Assembly (NCBI GenBank): GCA_964016885.1
Contig: OZ024741.1
Span: 16,182,001 to 16,246,000, forward strand
DNA: 64,000 nt
Source: Eledone cirrhosa
Lineage: Eukaryota
Direction: 5' to 3'
The position numbers were made by a program, and so were the translations under genes. The stretch's first letter is position 1, and every line of letters begins with the position of its first letter. This document shows positions 16,337-29,782 of the stretch, piece after piece. The notes under the pieces are model-generated. The model was not told the DNA's origin, made no database searches, and saw only the letters and a list, made by a program, of their open reading frames with translations.

Positions 16337-16764
16337 TTTAAGTTAATGTAAACATTACTATACTTCTAGTCAGGTATATATTAACATATGAAGTAATACA
16401 TATGTAGTATTGCTATGTATATATTACATCACTAGCCAGATATGCATTAACAGGTGTATTTTAACCATTGAATTCCCATTTAATTTTTTAAATTCTTTTA
16501 TCTTCGTTGATCGTGTGTTGATGTCCATTGGTGTTAGCATGAGAATCTAATCTTGTAACGTGGGAACCTTTTATCGCTTCTCTAGCGTCCATATTTCCTG
16601 TTCTAGCTAGGGTGCGCCTTCCTAAATATTGCAATTTAGTTCCTGTAGAATCGGGTGACTTGTTCGTGTTCGTGCCTCATATTAAATGCATTGTAGTAAT
16701 CCTTACAGCCCTCTATGTTCTAAGATCAAATCCCACCGAGGTTAACTTTGCCTTTCATCCTTAC

Positions 16765-17270
16765 GGGGAGTTCTTCGTGGTGGCAGAGTCCTCAAACACT
16801 CCTTCCAATGGATCCTGTCAGAAGCAACTGTCTCCAAGTAATCTGGCTGGATCCCCAAGCGAGACCAGCCAAGATCATGGATGTCATCCAACCATTTGCT
16901 TGGGGTCTGTCGCTGGGTCTAACCACATGCCCATAGTATTGGAGCAGTGATCTCTCAATTTGGAGCAGTAGTGGCTCTATCTGGAGCGACTCTCCGATCC
17001 CCAAGTTACGCACTGGATCGGGGAATGTTACTCAAAAGACCCTTCGGACGAACCCTATTTCGGCCGCTTGTATTCTTTCGGTCATTACCCAAGATCTATG
17101 ACCATAGGTAAGGTTTGGCAGGAATACCGAATTGAAGAGAGCAAGTTTGGCCTTGACACCTCCCTCCCTTCTTCTAATTACTGAATGCTGAAGCTGGTGC
17201 ATTACTGCACCAGCTTCTACAATTCTTTCACTTAACTCAGCCTCCTGTCTTCCATTATTCGTGAACATGG
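16765..17270 (-). pseudogene. Degraded RTE LINE 3' fragment
   Basis: LFNSVFLPNLTYG..SW...IQAAEIGFVRRVF and IERSLLQYYGHVVR. Confidence 0.8.
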
Positions 17271-17359
17271 CTGATAAAATAAAGTACCAGTAACGTACAG
17301 GGATCGATTTTCTCCCTCCCTTCAAATTGTTGGCCTTATTATTATTATCATTATTATTA

Positions 17360-17566
17360 TAAGCAGTATCGGTAGAGGGTCGGACGCCATGCTTTGAAGC
17401 ATAGAGTTACGTCCCTTTATGATCTGAGCTCAAATCCCGCCGAAGTTAACTTTGCTTTTCATCCTTACAGGATCGATAAAATAAAATATGTAATGCACTA
17501 GGGTCGATTTAATTGACTTCACCTCGCCCAAAATGATTGACTTTGTGCCCAAGTCAGAAAACAATC
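17360..17566 (+). mobile_element. tRNA-derived SINE copy
   Basis: B-box-like GAG(C/T)TCAAATCCC and core TTTCATCCTTAC..GTCGATAAAAT shared with many copies in the window. Confidence 0.8.
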
Positions 17567-17845
17567 ATCTTTATTTATTTGTATATGTATTTATTCATTT
17601 ATTTGTTTGTTTGTTTTTACAACATTTCAGTAGACTTACTTCTAATGTATGTTTTCACTGCACAAGTTGGCGCAGTTTTATGGGCCTTGGGAAGACGCAG
17701 TTTCATCTTTTAAGTATGTGTGTTTTCTATTCTACTTTTAGTAGACAACACAATATATGTACACTGCCTTGTAATGCTATTTTATTGAAAATATTCTAAG
17801 TACAAAATATATGTGTAGTGGCTTGTAGTGTGATTATATTGAGCG

Positions 17846-18225
17846 TACTCTACATAATGCGTGGGTCCCAAATAATAAGGAGGTGGAATAAGTTAGGGGG
17901 TTGGAAAATCGGTAATTTTTCTAGGTTGGCTCCATTGATTTTTTTTAAACCAGAATTGTTTAGTTTACATATTGAGACCCCCAACCCATCCTATTTATTT
18001 CATAACATATAGGATTTCTTGTAATGTACTTCTTGTGTCATATATGTTTCTTAATATCTAAAGAAAATTAATTGTCGCAGGATTGCTACCACTTAAAATA
18101 AAATTTCGCAGGAGATAGTTAGCAACATTTAATAATCGGGGGAGGCTGGAATAAAAGCAGAGGCGTGGAAAATGTTGAAACATTAATATGGGGGGGGGGG
18201 TGCTATTATTCGAGACTTGGGAGTA
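17846..18225. mobile_element. MITE, older copy of 51310-51700
   Basis: Internal homology to 51310-51700; degenerate TIRs. Confidence 0.65.
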
Positions 18226-18779
18226 TATGCAATGCCTTGTACTGTTCTTGTAATGAAAGAAGTCTACATAATACTCAAGTAATATGTAGTTCTATTGAAT
18301 TGGAAGTGTTGTACGTAAAATGTGTGCATTCAGAATCATTTCTCCATAATCTGACATTATATTTACCATGAATATAAGGAAATAGGGGCCATATACACCG
18401 AGGAAGAGGGGGAACCTTGAAAGCCTAAGAAACAAGAAAAGGGAACATAAAAATAAACAAAAACAATTCTGCACCATTCCAACACACAAACCAACACATA
18501 CTCCAATACCCACCAACATACACACCAACACACACACCAACACACACCAACACACCAACACATACTCCAATACACACTAAAGCTCATCAATACACACCAA
18601 CACATACCAACACACACTCCAGAAAACCAACAAAAGATCTCACACCAAACACAGCTATATCTCCAACTACAACAACCCCAACACCACCACCACATATCGG
18701 AATCAAACACCACCAACAGAACCACCAACACTACAGCAAACAAAACCAGCCACAGAAAGAAAAAACAGAAAGAAGCCCT

Positions 18780-18900
18780 AGGGCTATCTCCCTACTCACC
18801 ACCATAGGCGCTGAGCTGGCCATCCGCAGGTGTGAGCCCCACGAGTTGGAGTGGCTTTTCCAGCGCGTCCTCCGAGGAAACGCCTTCTCTATTCTGTCCG
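18780..18900 (+). pseudogene. CRE-type RLE retrotransposon C-terminal fragment abutting (CA)n
   Basis: LAIRRCEPHELEWLFQRVLRGNAFSIL resembles the CRE terminal motif LFQR(LS)..RGNA.SIL. Confidence 0.6.
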
Positions 18901-18912
18901 CACACACACTCA

Positions 18913-19033
<121 letters not shown>

Positions 19034-19499
19034 CTTTGTGCTATTGAGGAGGGAAAATGAACAACTGATGTCCCTCGTAGCACAAATGGAGGACATAGAG
19101 ACGCAGGAGAAGATATTTGGCCCAATCACATTCAAAATACCCCAAACACTACTACTAATACATGTATGTCCCTTGTGACATACAAAAGCGTGAGGGAGAG
19201 CTTCCCCCACGACGTGGTAACTCCTAATATAAAAGCAGCGAGTAAGCTTTTAAAGGTGTTCCCAAAGGAACTCAACCAGATATGGAGATCAAACAACCCT
19301 ATCTGCAACAGCACACGGGGGATAAGTAGCCCTGCCCCACATTTTCTGTTTTCTCTTAACTCTAACATCCAATATGGCAATTATAAGAGTAGAATATATA
19401 AATGTAAGTTGTCTGTGGACATCCTTGAAGCAAATTCGTACTCTGCATGGTTGACATACATAGAATACGTAGATAACCTAGAGACAAGAACCCCTGACT

Positions 19500-20340
19500 G
19501 ACTATACGAGGTGCAAATCGCCCGGTTTTGATGGTCAGTCCTATGAATTTTACATAGCCGTTTCAGATTTTTTTAACGATGTCCTCAAAGCTGTCTACTG
19601 CAACTAACAGCAGAACGGGAAAATTCCCAGTTCTGAGTCGGGGCGTAGTAATGCTGAAAGTTTAAGATTTTTTGCCAACGTGCTAGCAACAAGGTTGGTG
19701 CTTGTCGTCAAGAGTCTGGTAGCGCAATCCCAACCAGGTCCATACGTGACAACCTCCACCTCATGCGATTCATCATAGAGAGTGTAGGAAGTAAACCTGG
19801 CTTTAGCGATGTTCTGATCAAACGAAGCTTTCGAAAGGTCGACCATCGATACCTAGAGGCTATCCTCAAGGCAGCCGGCTTCGGTCCCATCTTCAGATGT
19901 TGGACGCTGCAATGCACAGCGGTGATCAAAGTAAACGGTCACTTTTCGGAACCGTTCTAGATCACGCCCTTGGTCCGTCAGGAATGCCCTCTCTCCTCTT
20001 TTCTGGAAGGGCTGCGTCGGTACATGCCGACAACATCACCGCGATGGAGTCGAACACCTAATCGAGATAGCAGGCGCTAAGATCAACTCGGAAAAGTCGG
20101 TGGGTTTGCAAATCCACGCCGTTTAATAGCATCGTCGGGCGCTCGACCTCCAAGACCGATGAAGTTGCTCGGGGTCTGGTTTGGACCAGACCTCCAAGTC
20201 AATAAAAACTGGGACGAGGAAACGAACAGGGTAGTCACTCATACACAGAAATAGGCGGAGAGAAATCTATCATTGAAAGGTCGAGCAGAGGTGAACAAGT
20301 ACATCGAGTCGGCCGTCTATTACCGCCTGACTTGTAGAGC
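19500..20340 (+). pseudogene. Degraded Tx1/L1-clade reverse transcriptase
   Basis: PGFDG, ANVLATRL, VRQECPLSPL, YADNIT; LKGRAEV..VYYRLT matches the ORF at 60277-61407. Confidence 0.8.
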
Positions 20341-20354
20341 GTCTAATAATATAC

Positions 20355-20530
20355 TGTGCGGCATAGAGTTAGTCCGTCACGTTCTGAGTTCAAATCTGGC
20401 CAAGGTGAACTTTGCCTTTCATCTTTACGGGGTCGATAAAATAAAGTACCAGTCATGCACTGGGATCGATTTGATCGACATACCCATCCTCTTCAAATTG
20501 CTGGCCTTGTGTCTAAAGAAGAAACAATTA
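20355..20530 (+). mobile_element. SINE copy
   Basis: Same SINE core and tail. Confidence 0.75.
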
Positions 20531-20742
20531 TTTCAATAATATGGCTAACATCTTCGGTCTTTGTTTTTCACTGCCTACATTTAATGTCAACTGATGACCT
20601 TCCTCACTTGTGCAGGAGATAATTGGTAAACATGTCTTGTTCGTGAATTGCAGGGAGGTATCCTTCAACGAGTCTTTCTTCATACGCTTGTATTACCCAA
20701 CTCATATAGAAATTTCTTCTAACAGCACGTAGGGGAAATAAC

Positions 20743-20779
20743 TCCAGACGTTTCACTGTTTTTAGTGATCATCAGTGGA
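20743..20779 (-). ncRNA. Very minimal hammerhead motif
   Basis: Minus strand: TCCA-CTGATGA-tcACTaaaaacAGT-GAAA-CG-TC-TGGA. Confidence 0.7.
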
Positions 20780-21082
20780 TATATATTATTATGTCGTTTC
20801 ATATCAACATATAAGTGATTGAATCACTAAGTAAATATACAGAACTGTGTATTTGTTGGCTTAGAAACAGGGGAGAGGTGGGGCGAGTTAATAGTTTGTT
20901 TGTCTTCCTTTTCTATGTTTTATATTTCATATTTTGCGTTTTTAAGGTTTTGTATTAATTCTGTGTCTGTGTTTTAGGGAAGAAAACAGCTGTTCATAGC
21001 TCGCTGATTAGAATTCATTTCCTTGGATAAATAAATAACCAAGTAAGCAATTATATATGTCTACGTGTGTGCGTGTGAGTAC

Positions 21083-21129
<47 letters not shown>

Positions 21130-21242
21130 TACGTACGCGAGGGCGTGCGTGTCTGTGTGAGTATGTCTGTGTGTGTGAGTGTGTGTATGTACACGAAATA
21201 ATGAATAAATAAATGTATTGTCGAAACAGTTACATATATATG

Positions 21243-21329
<87 letters not shown>

Positions 21330-21894
21330 ATAGACATACATATAAAAATATATAATGTTACGATATATTTATTTACAGTTTGTAAAGTTTTCTAAATGAA
21401 AAAAACTAGCCAAGACGATAAAAAACACATACATACATTAAAACACATTAAAACATCGTAAAAACAAAATTTCTACACAGCAAAAATAAATAAGAAGAAA
21501 ATCTTAAGTAAAGAAACATTACTAAAAAAATTATACCAAAAACCATTGAAAAATGTTACATTTAAACAAAAATATCATTAAAAAGGAAAAGCAGCAAGAA
21601 ACCGCACCAAAAGAAAACAACGACGTGGTGTGGCGGGTGTAGGAAGTAAGGGGAGGTAATTGGTTTTTAATTTGAAATTAAGTGAAGGAGAGATCCATCT
21701 CTGGGGACTCCTTGAAAACAAACTATATGCTCAATTAATGAAATGTATTGTTTATGATCCATGACCGTACCAGACCCACCAGTTCCTTTTACTTCTTACT
21801 GGTACTAGTGTTGATGTTGATGTTGTTGTTGTTGGTGTAGAGCATACATACATATATACATACATATATATATACAAACATATATATATATATA

Positions 21895-21930
<36 letters not shown>

Positions 21931-21973
21931 TACATACATACATACATACATACATACATACGTACATATATAT

Positions 21974-22008
<35 letters not shown>

Positions 22009-22050
22009 CATACATACCTATATACATACATACATACATACATACATACA

Positions 22051-22107
<57 letters not shown>

Positions 22108-22111
<4 letters not shown>

Positions 22112-22520
22112 TGGCTGCCAACTCGTTTTCGAGTACGGCCACTACTTTATATCTATGTAGGAGAACCCCTACCGATGCGCTGAACAAGTGTGACTTTTTA
22201 GTCCAGTCAGCGACTTGAAAACTCTGGTACAAACACTACACTTGTGACAATTATTGACACATAATGCTGGGCCCATGGTACCATGTGACGACAAGTGCAG
22301 AGAGATCTCCAGATATAAAGCAATGCCTGTGCCGTGAAGCTTTTATAATGAGCAAAGGCACTGCACAAAGCCAGTCCCACTCTCTTAACCAAGATGATAT
22401 TTACCAAAAAGAAGAACAAGTCAACATCATTGGATACCATCAGGGTTGCAGGTGTTATATCAGAGTTTTCCTTCTCCTAGAATTCTGCCTTGACAAAGGC
22501 TAAGGGGTCATCTCTCCCGG
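22108..22520 (-). mobile_element. Non-coding young repeat family (copies 45368-45931, 53811-54224; relative 56480-56962)
   Basis: Three near-identical copies; minus strand has CTAGGAGAAGGAAAACTCTG, resembling RTE 5' UTRs. Confidence 0.75.
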
Positions 22521-22657
22521 ACATACATACATACATACATACATACATACATACATACATACATACGTACATATATCTATACATACATACATACATACAC
22601 GTTCATACATACACACATATATATACATATATACACACACATACATACATACATACA

Positions 22658-22703
<46 letters not shown>

Positions 22704-22983
22704 CATACACATATATATACATACACACATACATAATTACATACATACACATATATACATACATACATACATACATAAATACATACATACATACATACAT
22801 ACATACATACATACATACATACATACATAAATACATACATACATACATACATACATACATACATACATACAAACATACATTAATGTACATATGTATTATT
22901 GTGCGCGCTTGTTTATATATATGTATATTGTACATACATATGTGTATATATATATATATATATAGGTGTGTGTTTGTGTGTGT

Positions 22984-23089
<106 letters not shown>

Positions 23090-23186
23090 TATGTAGAGAG
23101 GAGTGGTACTAATTCTGAGGCTTCCGCTGGCTTAGCTTATATGTGTATATATGTGATTTTCAATTATAAATGCGTATTATTTATGC

Positions 23187-23264
<78 letters not shown>

Positions 23265-23522
23265 TGGAAGAGAAAGAGAGAGGGGAGAGAAAGCGAGAGA
23301 TGGGGAGAAAGAGATATATACGTATATTAGGGTATACATGTCTGTGTGTTTGTCAATGAATAAATGTTATTATTTTATATCTGTAGTAATACACTGGGTA
23401 ATTGCTGGCCTTGTGCCTAAAGTAGAAACAATTATTTTATATCTGGTCACTATGGAATCAAATATTAACACAGCTCCAGAATGGCCACACCAACATAAAA
23501 CAATAAAGCATTAGACATAATA

Positions 23523-23812
23523 TAATTGTTTCTACTTTTGGCACAAGGCCAGCAATTATCCAGTGTATTACTGGTACTTTATTTTGTCGACCCCGTAAAG
23601 ATGAATGGCAAAGTTAACCTCGGCGGGATTTGAACTCAGATCATAAAGGGCCATAACTCTATGCTGCAAATCATGGTGTCTGATCCTCTACCGATACTGC
23701 CAATCCACCGCCGAGGTTAACTTTGCATTTCATCCTTACGGGGTCGACAATATAAAGTACCAGTAATACACTGGTGTAATTGCTAACCTTGTGCCAAAAG
23801 TAGAAACAATTA
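23523..23812. mobile_element. Head-to-head SINE pair (full minus copy plus inverted partial plus copy)
   Basis: SINE 23523-23712 (-) fused to 23708-23812 (+). Confidence 0.8.
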
Positions 23813-24022
23813 TATTATGTCTAATGCTTTATTGTTTTATGCCGGTGTGGCCATACTGGAGCTGTGTTAATATTTGATTCCATAGTGACCAGTTCTTAAT
23901 ATTCCAAACTACAGACCGGAAGTATATACGTCAACGTGAACCCAGGCAGGAATCGAACTCCAAACATATAGAGAGGTTTTCTGGTCGACGATAAATAGAT
24001 ATGTGTAAGAATGCGCGTGTGT

Positions 24023-24096
<74 letters not shown>

Positions 24097-24098
<2 letters not shown>

Positions 24099-24244
24099 CG
24101 AAGGAAATGTGGTAAGGAACCAGATGGACCATAACGCACCAAAGTACTCAATACTTAGGGTAGTAGAGTGGGTAATAGGAACAAGTAGGACCTCGACGGC
24201 TGAGCTCAAGCCCTTTCGACGGCTAATTCTGGACTAAAAAAAAA

Positions 24245-24288
<44 letters not shown>

Positions 24289-24490
24289 TCCAGAATTAGC
24301 CGTCGAAACGGCTTGAGCTCAGCCGTCGGGGTCCTACTCGTTCCTATATATATATATATATAGGTGGACCATAACGCATCAGAGTAATTTGGGTAATAGG
24401 AAAAGAGTCAGGACCCCGACGGCAGAGCTTAATCCGTTTCGACGGCTTTTTCTACACCAGAAATAGCCGAAGTCCTGACTCTTTTCCTAT
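24097..24490 (-). mobile_element. Two GAAACGGC-family fold-back copies
   Basis: 24097-24346 with an A/T-tract centre; 24362-24490 diverged. Confidence 0.75.
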
Positions 24491-24649
24491 ATATATAGAG
24501 AGAGAGAGGTAGAACACTGGAAGGTAATATCCGTAGTGGCAGAGAGCACTCAGTCCATGGGACGAGTTTGGTTGAAGTAGTAACACAACAGTTATTTCAC
24601 CATACCGAGAACAATTGTTGAACTAACTCTTGTGTTACTACTTATATAT

Positions 24650-26725
24650 ATATACCACCAGCAACCCAAAAAATCTACAACAACTCACGACGCCCCCAAC
24701 CCATATAGGAGGAGACACAGAAAAATTACGTGGTACAACCCACCCTACTCAGCGGCTCTAAAGAACAGCTTGGCCCGATCATTATTTGGAGCACTTGATA
24801 AATGCTTCCCGAGGGACCATAAATACCACAAGATCTTCAACAGACACACTTTGAAGCTCTCGTATTCCAACACGAGAAATCTGGCCCAACACACAGGAGT
24901 AGGCTTAAAAACCACACACAACCAGAAGATGTCAATACAAGCACTCAGCAGAACCATGTGGAAGGGGAGAAGGAGGGACCCAGTGCCCACCCAAGAAACC
25001 CAAACAGATCCGGAGACCCCCAACCGTGCCCGGGGGAAGATCACCATGTAACACCTACCACCGTGTAACACCTAACGGGAACCCACTCTAGTCACGCAGA
25101 GGTCGACCACCCTCTGCAACTGCAGAAACCCCGAATCATGTCCCCTTGGTAATGAATGCCTTAAGAAGAACCTAGTATACGGTTGTAGGGTTAAAACCCC
25201 CAACTCCGAACACCTCTACATAGGATCCACATCAACGAGCTTTAAAGACCGCTGGTATAACCATCGCCATTCCTTCAATAAGGAGACCAAAAGGAAAAGT
25301 ACGGCTCTCTCCGACCTGATCTGGAAACTTAAGCTGGACAGGACCCCGAACTCTCTGGCCAGGTCCATAATCAGGAAAGTACCACCCGATAAAGGGGGAT
25401 CTGGCATATGCAAACTATGTCTGAACGAAACCCTCGAGATACTAAGAGGTGGAAGCGGCCTGATAAACCTCAGAACCGACTTCTTCGGCACATGCAGACA
25501 CCTCAGGGCCGGGACCTTCCTCAAGATATATGGACAGTAGCAACACAATAAGATGTGAACTCCCCTCAAGCTATAGGTACTTCTCCAGAACATGTAGACA
25601 CCTCTCGGCCAGACCTCCCTCAAGCTATATGGGCAGTAACAACACTATAGGTTGGGAACTCCCCTCAAGCCATAGAGACCAACCCAGGCTGAGCAGACAC
25701 CATGATAGCCTAGAGATTGATTCTGACACAGCCTTTATAATTTGGCCAACATCTTTATAACACACACACATTTTACTTTACTTGATTTTTCATTTCTCAT
25801 TATTCATTTGTTATTTGTTTTCTATTTTCTTCACTTTATCACGTTATATTTATATTTAAGTTGAGATTGGTTATAACACACACACATTTTACTTGATTAT
25901 CCTATTTCGCTTTATTCTTTTACCATCTTGTTCCTCCTACCACTTTATCCAACATATTTCTGACCTTGAGATTGATTATAGCACACACACATTTTATCTT
26001 ATTTTAGTTGAATCTTTATTTTGATTTTTCACTTTTCATTTTCATTTTTCATTTTCCATTTTCATTTTTCATTACTTTTTCATTACTTTTTCATTACTTT
26101 TTCATTACTTTTTCATTACTTTTTCATTTATTCTCTATTTATAATTTATTTTCTATTTCTATTTCTATAGACTTTTGACTGAGGAATGCTCTCAAAACTG
26201 ACCAATGAGAAGAGTGACCTTACAAATCTTTATAACATTGAGATGGGTATAACACACACACATTTTATTCGATTATTTTATTTTATTTTGTTCCTTTACC
26301 ATCTTATTCCTTCTACCACTTTATCATTTTTTTTAGCTGACTCCAATAACAACACCACTACCAACATAGGAATAGAGGTCAGATGTACCTAACAATAACA
26401 AGAACAACAACTACAGATTGGCTTGCCTCAGAACGAATTTCTATAGACTTTTGACTGAGGAATGTTCTAACAACTGACCAATGAAATTCGTTTGTTTAAA
26501 TTCATATGATTCCAGTTTCTCAGTGAAATAACAACCCAACCAGGAACTGGGCATATCAGAGTATTGACAAAGTTAAACACCTCAACAACATGTGTACTCG
26601 TCTCTACCACACTAATTCGAACTGCCTGAAGAGGTCACAGCCAAAGATGGCTGTCACCGAAATATATATAGCAGTAATAAACGAAGCCAAATTTTAAACA
26701 TTTGACTTATTTATTTTATTTTATT
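24650..26725 (+). mobile_element. Degraded PLE (probably Naiad-type) with long 3' region ending in a hammerhead pLTR
   Basis: RKITWYNPPYS, CNCRNPESCPLGNEC, LVYGC..YIGST..FKDRWYNH, CKLC, CRH. Confidence 0.85.
26621..26675 (+). ncRNA. Minimal type I hammerhead ribozyme
   Basis: ACTGC-CTGAAGA-GGTCACAGCCA aaga TGGCTGTCACC-GAAA-TATATA-TA-GCAGT. Confidence 0.87.
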
Positions 26726-26803
26726 TTATATATATATATATATAAATGAGAGGTATAGAGATTGTTTTAGCAAGAAGCTAACGGCATTCTATAACATATA
26801 TGC

Positions 26804-27465
<662 letters not shown>

Positions 27466-27480
27466 TATATATATATATAA

Positions 27481-27662
27481 ATCAGGATGGATGCAGTTTG
27501 AAACTGGTTAGAATATTACTCACCAGAGTACTTGATACTTGAGGTAATGGAGCATGGTTGTACCATAAAGAGTCGGGATCCCGACGGCTGAGCTCTTGCC
27601 ATTTCAACAGCTAGCTCCAGACTGTTGAAACGGCAAGTGCTCCGCGGTCGAGGTCCCGATTC

Positions 27663-27665
<3 letters not shown>
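27481..27665 (-). mobile_element. Diverged GAAACGGC-family fold-back copy
   Basis: CCCGACGGCTGAGCTC...GAAACGGC...GGTCCCGA. Confidence 0.6.
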
Positions 27666-27736
<71 letters not shown>

Positions 27737-28374
27737 GTGGAAGCTTAGTAAAATCGAAGCTTTGGCTGTGGGCAAGCAAAGTCGACCTACAACATGAATG
27801 AGTTAGCAAAGCACTCAATAAGGGTAGGTCCTTAGAGTAACAACATACGTTTAAATAGCTTTACAAATTGAACATTGTGGTAGGCAAAATCTAACACACA
27901 ATACTAAAGCAACGAAAAAACTAACAGGTTAAAAAAGATACACCTGGACAAATTAAACGATAAACGTTTAAAGTGTTTCTGTGAAATCCGAAATCAAATA
28001 TCCGGCTTACGTAACTAGCACGCTCGTGGTATCCCATGGTCGAACAGAGGATTCATTTCATCAACAGGAGTTCCGTCCTTTCAAAAAGCGAGGTGGATTC
28101 TAAATGCTGTTGCTATGAGCGAGCTGATCGTACATTTAGTTACCACGTGTTATTTCCAACAAGGGAAGCAACCCTTGGTTTTGGCGGGTAGATTCGAAGT
28201 GTTAAACAAAGGAAATATTATAATTTCCGCTAACATTCAGAACAAAGCTCTCAACCAGATGTTATTAAACAAACACAAATAATTACCCAATCAACAGAAT
28301 TGTCTAATTAAATTAATTAGTTAATAATTCAATCTAGGAGAAAATAATACATAATACAAAGCAACGAAAAAACT

Positions 28375-28437
<63 letters not shown>

Positions 28438-28439
<2 letters not shown>

Positions 28440-29390
28440 TTAGAACACTGGAAGGTAATATCCGTAGTGGTAGAGCACTCAGTCCAAAGGACGAGTTAGG
28501 TAGAAGTGGTTACACAACAGTTAGTTCACCATACCAAGAACGATTGTTTCACGTTAGACAAACTATCTGGTTCTCTCCTTCCTTTTCACTCAACCTTAAA
28601 ACCAATGTAGGCAAAAAATGTCTAGCCCTCTTAAATAGACACTCCCATAGGTCATAAATACCGCTCCATCTTTAACCGACACAAAGTAAAACTAGGATAC
28701 TCCTGTGCTAAGAACATGAAGGCCCACATCACCAACAGCCGTAAGAGCAACAACCCACCAGAGTGCTCTTGCCGTAAGCCCGAAGCTTGTCCCCTTCAAC
28801 AGCAATGCAACACACCCGCTGTAGTTTATGAAGCTGTGGTCACTTCCCACCTACCAAATCAACCACAGGAGGTCAAATCCTATGTGGGTATGGCGGAGGG
28901 CTTCCTGAACCACCAGTCGACCTTTAGGTACCCGGACAGACGTTCATCCACGAAACTTGCGAGCCACGTATGGTCCCTCAAGGACTCAAGTATAGACTAC
29001 TCCATTCAATGGAAAGCCATCACTAAGTCCAAGCCATACGCAAGGGGCAATCCGTCGTGTGGACTATGTATTGATGAACGAATAAATATTCTAAAGAGAT
29101 TACGCAATAGTGATTGTCTAAACACGAGAAATGAATTATTCACACGTTGTCCACACGTCTGGAAACACCTTTTACATAACTACAAGGCACCGGATTGAAT
29201 TACAACAACATCCTAATTTTCTTATCAACTAGAAACTTTTCGGACTTTTGCAGTTACACCTCTCGCACGCAATTTAGTATTGCCTGCGTTAGTACGGTTG
29301 TCCTTCCTGTTCCGTATAACCATGTCCATTACGAGCTGAGGATCCGCTAAGGTGTAACAATTGTTCTCGGTATGCTGTGTAACCACTTCT
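28438..29390 (+). mobile_element. 5'-truncated PLE (probably Naiad-type) with inverted 5' pLTR and 3' hammerhead remnant (29332-29369)
   Basis: ORF 28716-29198: CSCRKPEACPLQQQC, VVYEA, YVGMAE, CGLC, LNTRNELFTRCPH; pLTR matches the 11523 family. Confidence 0.9.
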
Positions 29391-29461
29391 ATATATATAT
29401 ATAAATGTGCCGTGTTTGCATAATTGAAAACTAATCGAATGTTATTATTAATATTCGAAAA

Positions 29462-29655
29462 GGGCGGTGGATTGGCAGTATCAGTAGAGGGTCGGATGCC
29501 ATGCTTTGATGCATAGAGTTACGGCCCTTTCCCTTTTAAGTTCAAATACCGCCGAGGTTAACTTTGCCTTTCATCCTTACGGGGTCGATAAAATAAAGTA
29601 CCAGTAATGCACTGGGATATTTGGTGGCCTTGTGCCAAAAGTAGAAACAATTATT
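29462..29655 (+). mobile_element. Full-length tRNA-derived SINE
   Basis: GGCGGTGGATTGGCAG 5' end, GTTCAAATAC B box, conserved core, AGAAACAATTATT tail. Confidence 0.85.
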
Positions 29656-29678
29656 AATATTCGCAAAACTCAGATTGC

Positions 29679-29758
<80 letters not shown>

Positions 29759-29782
29759 TTGTTATATATACATATATATATA

